Of a stretch of 64,000 bases of DNA, positions 1-9,338 are shown piece after piece. The notes under the pieces were generated by a model. That model had not been told where the DNA came from. It was given only the letters and a program-made list of their open reading frames with translations, and did no database searches. The position numbers and the translations under genes were made by a program. Source of the stretch: Escherichia coli O127:H6 str. E2348/69. GTDB taxonomy: Bacteria > Pseudomonadota > Gammaproteobacteria > Enterobacterales > Enterobacteriaceae. Each line of letters starts with the position of its first letter. Within the stretch, counting starts at the first letter, position 1. The stretch is taken from NCBI RefSeq assembly GCF_000026545.1, contig NC_011601.1; one strand, 5' to 3'.

Positions 1-619
1 GACACCTATTCACAACAAGTTTATTGCTGCACTTGTTGTAGAGAGTATTTGTAAAAACATTTTATGTCGCTAAATAACATGACGATTTCATTATGCATGT
101 TATTTATAAACAGCGACTAAACAGAATATTATTGCGAACAAGGGAAGTGTCAGGAAAGGTCAAGAGGTACTAATAGTTTATATGGCTATAAACATTAGCT
201 ATGGTTAATGTTTGCCTGGTGAAACTAACACCAAATTGCTGTAACCCTCTTTGAATCATAAACTGAAGGATGATGCAGCACAGTTCCTCGCGGACTATCC
301 TGGCTACTACATGACCAAACGCGGATATCATCCTCAAGCAGTCAACTCTGGCAATCTTTTTACTCAGCTATGAGGACCTGATCGTCGACTTTGCCATCTG
401 CATGATGAATCTCCTCAGCAGCAGATGCAGTATTTACCGAAATGAATCCCATGAATAATGCAGTAATTAGTAGTGCTTTCATATCTGATGCCTGTTTTAA
501 ACGATATATTTGGAAGTTGACGAATATCGGAAGGAGCTTCCTCCTTCTTGATCTGTAAATATACAGTTCTAAGCTGTCATAAGACTGACTGTCATATGAC
601 AACGTTGTCAGATTTTTGA

Positions 620-910
<291 letters not shown>

Positions 911-1258
911 TGAATCTAGTTCATAAGATAAATCCGTAACACTCACTTGTTTTAACTTAATATTTTTAATAAAAAGATTAAGTTACTTCCAAATAGCTTC
1001 ATGAACTAGCTAAGAATGCGCTTCATCCAAGGCCTCCTGAAGGCGTTCGGGGATACAATTTAGGGAAGCCTCGAAATGTTGCTGCTCAGCAGCTTTTTCC
1101 ATCCAGTCCCGAAACTAGTTAGGGGTTACTCCATACATTGTTAAATGTCAAAATATTGATAAATGTTTTATAGATAACAGTAAGTTAGCCATATTTTTTC
1201 ATTGACCTTTCATTTGTGACGAAGCAAACTGACCTGAATAGTCGCATAGGGATGTCAT

Positions 1259-2359
1259 ATGATTCCTGAAATTGAACTTAGAGATATTCAGCCAAAGGGA
1301 AGCAGTGATGTCCCGTCGTCTTCGCACATTCAGACTGGATTACCGATTCCAAAAACAGTGCGGGTTCAGTTCTTTAGCCCTGACGAATGGGAGTCGTTTA
1401 CAGAGGAATGGGCAAGTTATCTCAAAAATGAATATGTTGCAGCCAGACGCTTTGGGGGTTCTGGTGATCTTGGGATAGATATTGCTGGTTTCTGTTCTGA
1501 CAAGGGATTCGAGGCGGTATGGGATAATTATCAATGCAAGCGCTATGGACATCCTCTTCGGCCTGGTGATATCTGGGTTGAAATTGGCAAGATTATTTAT
1601 TACTCATATCTTGGCAAATATACCCCTCCACGAAAGCATTTTTTTGTTTGCTCTCAGGGAATAGGAACCAGTCTTGAACAGTTGTTGAACAAGCCTACTG
1701 AGTTGAAAGAAAAATCGATTGAAAACTGGGATAATTACTGTCTCAAGGGTATCACTTCTACTGCTGAAATTCCGTTGACTGGTGCATTAAGAGCTTACCT
1801 CGACGCATTTGATTTCACTATTTTCTCATCAAAATCGATAGTTGAGCTTATCGAAATTCATGCCAGAACGGGTTTTCACTCGGTTCGCTTTGGCGGCGGG
1901 CTGCCGTATCGGCCTAATCCATCTTCTCCACCAACCATACCGACGGAAAATGAAAGCCGATACATTCGCCAGTTGCTTGATGCCTATGGAGACCATTTAG
2001 GCACAAATTTACCAGACGCTGCTTCGTTGGCGTCACACAATCAATTTCGTAGTGACTATCTTCGCCAGCGCGAACGTTTTTATCACGCAGAATCGCTAAA
2101 GAATTTTGCGCGAGATACTGTTCCTGCGGGGACATTTGATGCCTTACAGGATGAAATCTACCATGGCGTAATTGATGTCTGCGAAGATTATCACTTGAGT
2201 GGATTTGCGAGAATGAAAGAAACCATGAAGCACGCTACCACTATCGCTGTCACATCAAATCCGTTGGTCACTTCAATTAAAACACAAGATCGCCAAGGTA
2301 TATGCCATCAGTTGGCTAATGACGATCGCCTGATTTGGGTGCCAGATAATGAATCATAA
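1259..2359 (+). CDS. Mrr-like PD-(D/E)xK nuclease-domain protein; candidate effector (LmuA-like) of a Lamassu/ABC-3C-type defence operon
   Basis: 366-aa ORF; N-terminal motif RRFGGSGDLGIDIAG...WDNYQCKRY matches the Mrr-type restriction endonuclease catalytic signature (D..D...QxK); AGGGA 6 nt upstream of ATG; stop overlaps start of next ORF. Confidence 0.6.
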   Translation: MIPEIELRDIQPKGSSDVPSSSHIQTGLPIPKTVRVQFFSPDEWESFTEEWASYLKNEYVAARRFGGSGDLGIDIAGFCSDKGFEAVWDNYQCKRYGHPLRPGDIWVEIGKIIYYSYLGKYTPPRKHFFVCSQGIGTSLEQLLNKPTELKEKSIENWDNYCLKGITSTAEIPLTGALRAYLDAFDFTIFSSKSIVELIEIHARTGFHSVRFGGGLPYRPNPSSPPTIPTENESRYIRQLLDAYGDHLGTNLPDAASLASHNQFRSDYLRQRERFYHAESLKNFARDTVPAGTFDALQDEIYHGVIDVCEDYHLSGFARMKETMKHATTIAVTSNPLVTSIKTQDRQGICHQLANDDRLIWVPDNES

Positions 2360-2834
2360 AAAACATCCAGAGCCCTTTAATAGTCCTTTCGAAACCGGGA
2401 TACGTTCGCTTGCGATTCTGGTTGCAGCCTTCCCTGAGTCTTATGATTTGCAACGGCTAGTTGAAATGGATTATCTCGTTGTGCATTCCGGTGATGCTGA
2501 TGGTCCTGACAGTTTGCATGCCCCATTACCGATGCGTGCGGGCGAACTACTGGTCAGGCATGGTTTGATTGAAAAGGGATTGATGCTCATGATGAGCAGG
2601 GGGCTCGTCCAACGTGTTTCAGCCAGTGATGGGTTCAACTATCTTGCTGGGGAGCTCGCTGCACCTTTTATCTCTTCTCTTACGACTGAATATTCATGTC
2701 GACTAAAAGTTTGTGCTGAATGGGTAACTGGTGAATTTAAAGACCTGCCTACGCAGGAAATACGGAACATTACGCATCGCTTGTTTCAGCAGTGGTCGAG
2801 TCAGTTCCAGAGTATTCAGTCATCTGGAGGATGA
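2349..2834 (+). CDS. small protein, candidate middle component (LmuC-like) of the three-gene operon
   Basis: 161-aa ORF; ATG at 2349 overlaps the upstream stop (2357-2359) and its TGA (2832-2834) overlaps ATGATGATG of the next gene, implying translational coupling; no recognisable catalytic motif. Confidence 0.5.
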   Translation: MNHKKHPEPFNSPFETGIRSLAILVAAFPESYDLQRLVEMDYLVVHSGDADGPDSLHAPLPMRAGELLVRHGLIEKGLMLMMSRGLVQRVSASDGFNYLAGELAAPFISSLTTEYSCRLKVCAEWVTGEFKDLPTQEIRNITHRLFQQWSSQFQSIQSSGG

Positions 2835-4663
2835 TGATGAGCGATAATTATTTGCAGCTTAGAAAAATTTTGTTCCATGGCCAAACCAAAGAATCCGTTT
2901 TATCTTTTTCATCCGGTATTAATGTGATTTGTGGGGCTTCCGATACCGGCAAATCATTCCTGGCAGAAACTCTGGATTTTATGCTGGGTGGAACGGAGCT
3001 CAGGGAAATTACAGAATTAGCTGCTTATGCAGAAATAACTCTCGATTTTGTCACCAGTGATGGTCGAAGTTGGCGTCTTCAACGTGCAGTGACTGGCGGG
3101 AATTTCAAGTTAACTGATTTGGATGAGCCAGACTCGGAACCTATCGTGCTAAAACAGAAGTACGTTCGGGGTAAAACGGATAATATCTCCAGTTTTTTAC
3201 TTGAACAGATTGGCTTGCCGAATAAGGAGATTTTGAAAAGTAGTACCAAAGCGACGACTCAGGGACTGAGCTTCCGCAATCTGGCGAGACTTGCTCTGGT
3301 TCAGGAAGATGAAATTCAGCATAAAGGCTCTCCCTTTTGGAGTGGGCAGTTCACAACCAAAACCGCTGAACTGGCAACGGTCAAACTGCTGCTGACAGGG
3401 GGTGATGATTCTGCGGTCGTTGCAGTGAGTGGCGATGGTGTAAGCAATACGTCTCAGATTATGTTGATTGATGAGTTAATTGCGGAGTTATCCATTGAAA
3501 TTAAGGATATGGGAGAAGAGCGTGATGATCTGGCTTCCCAACTGACCCGCCTTGAACAATCTATTGAGAGTCAACGTGAATCGCTCACTGCCGCACAGCA
3601 GCAACTAGAGCAGTTATTACAACAAAGGGGACTGGCCTTTGATGAGCGAAACAAAATCCAGGGACGACTGGATGAGATATCCGAACTACTTGCCAGATTT
3701 ACACTTCTGAATGAGCATTATGTTATAGATATCAACCGTCTGAAATCCATTCAGGAGTGTGGCTTGCTCTTCATGCATATTGACGTGATTCCTTGCCCTC
3801 ATTGTGGAGCTAGTCCAGCTCACCAACACCTGGAACAAATATGTGATGGAGATGTAGATTCAATCATTACTTCAGCAACTGCCGAGATGCAAAAGACCGA
3901 ACGACTTTTGGCAGAGCTGAATTGTACAGTCAGAGATCTTGTCAGCGAAAAGCAACGCCTTGAGAAGCAATACATTGTCCATGAAGAGGATTATTTGCGT
4001 CTTGATAAAGCCATTCGGGAAACTATTGCTCCTGAAGTTGACAGTTTCAGGCACTCGTATGCTGAACTGATCGACGAACGGGCCAGTGTCCAGCAATCTA
4101 TTGATTTGTTCTCAAGATTGGACCGGCTGGAAAGCAGGAAAGTGGCATTACAAAGCGATACTCCGGTAAAAAAAGAAAAAAGTGCGGTGCAAAACGGCAT
4201 TCCAGAGTCTGTTGCCCATAGTCTGTCGTTAAAAATCTCCTCTATATTAAAAGACTGGCATTTCCCCGGAGCATGCCAGGTATTTTTTGACAAAGATACT
4301 TCGGATTTTGTAATTGATGGAAAACCTCGCGGTAGCCGGGGAAAGGGGCTACGAGCAATTACCCATGCGGCAGTCAGTGTCGGACTACTTGAGTTTTGCC
4401 AAGAAAATGGGCTATCGCATCCGGGATTCCTAGTTCTGGATTCCCCTCTACTGGCTTACTACAAACCAGAAGGTGAAGATGATGTAGCTTTGCAAGGTAC
4501 TGACTTGAAAGAGAAATTCTATGATTATCTTGTGAAGCACCATAATGAAGATAGTCAGATCCTTATTATAGAAAATCCGCATCCACCGCAAAGCATGAAT
4601 AAACAGATTACTATGACGGTATTCACTGGTAATCCTAGGGTTGGCCGTTTCGGATTGCTTTGA
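2831..4663 (+). CDS. SMC/Rad50-like ABC ATPase with central coiled-coil and CxxC hook (LmuB-like)
   Basis: N-terminal Walker A GASDTGKS (nt 2933-2956); long heptad-rich, Q/E/L-rich central region containing CPHC (nt 3794-3805); C-terminal hhhhD motif FLVLDSP (nt 4427-4447); GGAGG at 2826-2830; start chosen among ATG 2831/2834/2837 (track ORF begins 2792). Confidence 0.65.
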   Translation: MMMSDNYLQLRKILFHGQTKESVLSFSSGINVICGASDTGKSFLAETLDFMLGGTELREITELAAYAEITLDFVTSDGRSWRLQRAVTGGNFKLTDLDEPDSEPIVLKQKYVRGKTDNISSFLLEQIGLPNKEILKSSTKATTQGLSFRNLARLALVQEDEIQHKGSPFWSGQFTTKTAELATVKLLLTGGDDSAVVAVSGDGVSNTSQIMLIDELIAELSIEIKDMGEERDDLASQLTRLEQSIESQRESLTAAQQQLEQLLQQRGLAFDERNKIQGRLDEISELLARFTLLNEHYVIDINRLKSIQECGLLFMHIDVIPCPHCGASPAHQHLEQICDGDVDSIITSATAEMQKTERLLAELNCTVRDLVSEKQRLEKQYIVHEEDYLRLDKAIRETIAPEVDSFRHSYAELIDERASVQQSIDLFSRLDRLESRKVALQSDTPVKKEKSAVQNGIPESVAHSLSLKISSILKDWHFPGACQVFFDKDTSDFVIDGKPRGSRGKGLRAITHAAVSVGLLEFCQENGLSHPGFLVLDSPLLAYYKPEGEDDVALQGTDLKEKFYDYLVKHHNEDSQILIIENPHPPQSMNKQITMTVFTGNPRVGRFGLL

Positions 4664-4830
4664 TTAGGAGGATGGTTTGAATGGAAACACAATGCACAAT
4701 GTCGTGCAGTTGTTGCTGCGCACAATGGTCGTTTATGGACGAAGTTATCACTTCAGTCAAAAGAATTTTAAGTAGCTAAGCTGCGCGTTGGATAGGTAAT
4801 GAAATGACATAAACAGATATTATAGCGACC

Positions 4831-5292
4831 GTGGCATGTGCCATATCAGGGGTCGCCGCGCTATTTTCAGGAATAGCATTATGTCAATCAGCAAAAGCAA
4901 ACCGCAGAGCAAATCAGGTATCAGAGCGAGGCTTGCGTATTGATTTAGTTGATTGTCGTATGAATATACGGAATGCGTTCACGTTAATTATGGATGAGTT
5001 CGAGGCGCAGAGATACGGGCCAGCAGATAACTATATTATTCAGGCAAAAATCACCTTCCGTGATGCGGGTATATTTTTTGGTAATGACGTAAGTGAATTT
5101 CTTACCGAGTTAATGAGACAAATTAGCACCTACAGCGAGATATTTAAAACTAGGACAATGGGCCGTCTTATTTTTGACCCTCAAGGAGATGTTAGAGAGG
5201 AAGAGCAACGATTAGAACAAATAAGGCTATGGGTGATAGCACAGCGTGGGCCCGGCAATGACATGTTCGACAGAATCATGAGTGTTTCATGA
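4831..5292 (+). CDS. hypothetical protein, N-terminal hydrophobic segment; start uncertain (GTG at 4831 or internal ATG)
   Basis: 153-aa ORF with AT-rich rare codons (ata, aga, tta), followed immediately by a stem-loop plus T-tract; no motif recognised. Confidence 0.35.
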   Translation: MACAISGVAALFSGIALCQSAKANRRANQVSERGLRIDLVDCRMNIRNAFTLIMDEFEAQRYGPADNYIIQAKITFRDAGIFFGNDVSEFLTELMRQISTYSEIFKTRTMGRLIFDPQGDVREEEQRLEQIRLWVIAQRGPGNDMFDRIMSVS

Positions 5293-5302
5293 TACACGCT
5301 AG

Positions 5303-5332
5303 ACCCGGCCTCAGTGCCGGGTGTTTAATTTT
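5303..5332 (+). terminator. Rho-independent terminator-like hairpin downstream of the 153-aa ORF
   Basis: acccggc-ctcagt-gccgggt stem-loop followed by gtttaatttt. Confidence 0.45.
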
Positions 5333-5569
5333 CCTAACTACAACCGTCGCCTCACCGTCCCCCAAACGAATCGGAACAGCTGTTCCATGAACAGTCAGAT
5401 GGTGTGGCCCAAATTAGTTGCCCACTACACTTCAAGACTATAAATTCTGGAGTAACAGTCGGTTAGCTTCCTTCATGGGCCAGTCATGGCGAGTTGTTAA
5501 GTATGGCTGTTTGCGATAAGCTTTAGATACTCTTTAGCGTTGGACGGTTACGTCTAGTCGGGTGATTAG

Positions 5570-6607
<1,038 letters not shown>

Positions 6608-6681
6608 AAACCAAGGGAGAATCCAGTCGTTGGCGGTTCATGGATTGTTCTGCTCATTAACAACGACCAAAACCCCATATC

Positions 6682-8004
6682 TTACTTAATACCGTATTCT
6701 CGGCTTAACCGACCGTGCAACCTCAACACATTGGTTTCAACTGCCGTCACCACGTTCTCCGGAAAATCTGTCGGTAATGAAGTCTTCACGTTATCCAGTG
6801 CTGCCGGAATCATTCTGGCAAAGTCACTCAGGATTTCATGCATCTGCACTTCCGGGAATTTCAGCACCTTTGCTGTCGCCAGAAAATGTCGCGGATAAAT
6901 TTTATCGATTGCCGTTTTTTTGCCTTTGGATGCGTTAAGCCCCATTGCCAGTTTGAGATCGCTGATGTGTATTCCCGTACCGCCAAGGACCGGAAATGCC
7001 GAAATGATGTCATAAAATGGTGTGAGCCGATAACTGCCGCCAGCCTGAATAAATACGGAGAAGTTTTTTGCATGGCCATCCGTTGCGCCAATCAACCACT
7101 GGAAGACCTGAAACTTCATAAAATCATAGCGATCTTTCAGCGCCTCGCTGGAGCCCATCAAAAAAGCCATAATTTGCGCGATACCGGGGCCTCCATCTGA
7201 TTCATATTTCACCGATGAAGGTAAACCGAATGTCTGGCACATATCCTCCTGTGGCAAGCGAAGTAAAACCGTTCGCTCAGTATTCCAACGCCTGTCAAAA
7301 CGTTCGACCGCTAACGCGCGCACCCTTCCCGCTTTAATGATTTCTGCGTCCGGAACATTCAACCCGAGTTCTTTCGCCAGCAGCAAACAGTAATACTCAT
7401 TATCAACGCTTTGGCTAAGATCGAGCGTCGCATTGGGCTGTCTGATTTCGCCAATCGGCAATTTGATAATGTGCGTCGTTGGCGTTATTCCCTTCGGAAT
7501 GCACCAGTCATTGCCTATTCTGAGCAGCGCAGTCTTCTCCTGTGCGCCAGCAACCGAGATGCGAAAGTCATTTTCTTCTCTAATCATGCCTAACGGGATA
7601 TCTGCTTTATAAGCCGTTAATACTTCTTCAAGTCTGGCTTCAGTAAGCTTTTCCCATGCCATTATCGGACACGTTACGGTTTCATCTTCGGGGATTAACG
7701 TCACGGCACCAACGCTGTCTCGCCCTATTTCTGACAATAAATCAAACGGTTGTCTGGATTTAGCATGATAACGTTTAACGATCCGGTCACGTACAATCGG
7801 GCTATCGGGTAACAGGTTATCGAAGAAGTTAAATACGGCATCAGAGGTGATATTCCCCCTCTGCAATGGCAGCGAAAGTGACAACGGTCTGGCATAACGG
7901 CTGGCTAACCACTCAGGTGCATACTTAAAGGTGTGCGCGCCGTTGGCTAACTTCGTTAACTCGCCTACCCGCTGGTTGTTCATCCAAGTGACTAGTTTAG
8001 GCAT
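6682..8004 (-). CDS. hipA: HipA serine/threonine kinase toxin
   Basis: 440-aa protein beginning MPKLVTWMNNQRVGELTKLANGAHTF, near-identical to remembered E. coli HipA; start overlaps hipB stop. Confidence 0.95.
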   Translation of the reverse strand: MPKLVTWMNNQRVGELTKLANGAHTFKYAPEWLASRYARPLSLSLPLQRGNITSDAVFNFFDNLLPDSPIVRDRIVKRYHAKSRQPFDLLSEIGRDSVGAVTLIPEDETVTCPIMAWEKLTEARLEEVLTAYKADIPLGMIREENDFRISVAGAQEKTALLRIGNDWCIPKGITPTTHIIKLPIGEIRQPNATLDLSQSVDNEYYCLLLAKELGLNVPDAEIIKAGRVRALAVERFDRRWNTERTVLLRLPQEDMCQTFGLPSSVKYESDGGPGIAQIMAFLMGSSEALKDRYDFMKFQVFQWLIGATDGHAKNFSVFIQAGGSYRLTPFYDIISAFPVLGGTGIHISDLKLAMGLNASKGKKTAIDKIYPRHFLATAKVLKFPEVQMHEILSDFARMIPAALDNVKTSLPTDFPENVVTAVETNVLRLHGRLSREYGIK

Positions 8005-8270
8005 CACCACTCCAGATCTTGCTGTTCTGTTGCTTCTGGCGAGGCATTTTTTGCGTCGCATAGCGTCATTGAGAGTTCAAGCGACTGTAAAATCTTAAAA
8101 AATGTCGTGAGCGAGGTATTGTCAGGATTGTTTTCGAAATTGGAAATTGTCGCCTGCTTAATGCCGATTTTTTTCGCCAACTCGCTCTGCGTCCAGCCGT
8201 TTTGCTGGCGAACCAGTTTCATTGCATTCGCCAATTGCATTGGGCTATAGATCTTCTGAAAGCTCATCAT
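8004..8270 (-). CDS. hipB: HipB antitoxin, HTH DNA-binding protein
   Basis: 88-aa protein MMSFQKIYSP...QSELAKKIGIKQATISNFEN matching HipB. Confidence 0.95.
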   Translation of the reverse strand: MMSFQKIYSPMQLANAMKLVRQQNGWTQSELAKKIGIKQATISNFENNPDNTSLTTFFKILQSLELSMTLCDAKNASPEATEQQDLEW

Positions 8271-8291
8271 GTCATACGTCCACAGCAAATT

Positions 8292-8404
8292 TATCCGCTT
8301 AAGGGGATATTATCAGTTTTATCCTTAGTGAGGATAAAGTCAATCTGGAAACACATCTTATCCGCTCTACGGGATAAACGCTGCGATATCCGCGATCGCG
8401 GATA
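8292..8404 (-). promoter_or_regulatory. hipBA promoter/operator region with four HipB operator palindromes
   Basis: TATCC-N8-GGATA-type palindromes at 8292-8309, 8320-8336 (imperfect), 8359-8376 and 8387-8404, directly upstream of hipB. Confidence 0.7.
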
Positions 8405-8576
8405 AAAAGGAGGATTTAAAAAAGCACATCCTAATGCGGTGGCTTCTTTGACTACCGGAATCTGTAATCTTAATGACCTGGCCGCGTAAAAAACGTCTGT
8501 TCAATGGGGTGATGCCGTGAGGCGAATTTATCAGTTTTATCTACAATTGGGGTAACGCGCTGACGGGAGTAAAAAA

Positions 8577-9335
8577 ATGTCTGACTGGAACCCCTCTTTA
8601 TATCTGCACTTTGCCGCTGAACGATCGCGTCCGGCAGTGGAGCTGCTTGCCAGGGTGCCGCTGGAGAATATCGAATACATTGCCGATCTTGGCTGTGGCC
8701 CAGGTAACAGCACCGCCCTTCTACACCAACGTTGGCCTGCTGCCAGGATAACGGGCATCGACTCATCTCCGGCGATGATTGCTGAAGCGCGCAGTGCTTT
8801 GCCAGACTGCCTGTTTGTGGAAGCAGATATCCGCAACTGGCAACCGGAACAGGCACTCGATCTGATTTTTGCTAATGCCTCGCTGCAATGGCTGCCCGAC
8901 CACTACGAATTGTTTCCTCATTTGGTTTCGTTACTCAGTCCGCTGGGCGTGCTGGCAGTACAGATGCCAGATAACTGGCTGGAGCCGACCCATGTGCTCA
9001 TGCGCGAAGTTGCCTGGGAACAAAACTACCCGGATCGCGGGCGTGAGCCGCTGGCTGGCGTTCATGCTTACTACGATATTCTGAGTGAAGCCGGATGTGA
9101 GGTCGATATCTGGCGAACCACTTACTATCACCAGATGCCGTCGCACCAGGCGATTATCGATTGGGTGACCGCCACTGGATTACGTCCGTGGTTACAGGAT
9201 CTGACCGAGAGCGAACAGCAGCATTTTCTTACGCGCTACCATCAGATGCTGGAAGAGCAATATCCCCTCCAGGAGAACGGACAGATATTGCTGGCATTTC
9301 CGCGTCTGTTTATTGTTGCCCGCCGTAGGGAGTAA
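8577..9335 (+). CDS. tam: trans-aconitate 2-methyltransferase
   Basis: 252-aa protein [12 protein letters not shown]...[10 protein letters not shown] (SAM-binding motif) matching Tam. Confidence 0.95.
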
Positions 9336-9338
9336 TTA

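Noticed and set aside
1201-1258. Sigma-70 promoter for the defence operon
   Set aside because: TTGACC at 1203-1208 is present but no acceptable -10 at 16-19 bp spacing; the promoter probably lies further upstream in the AT-rich region and cannot be pinned down by eye.
2792-2830. Earlier start for the SMC-like ATPase (MVESVPEYSVIWR)
   Set aside because: GGAGG at 2826-2830 and the ATGATGATGA stop/start overlap favour initiation at 2831-2837; the upstream codons would overlap the end of ORF2.
8470-8856. 128-aa and 99-aa minus-strand ORFs spanning the tam promoter and 5' end
   Set aside because: Overlap the well-supported tam gene on the opposite strand; no recognisable protein features.
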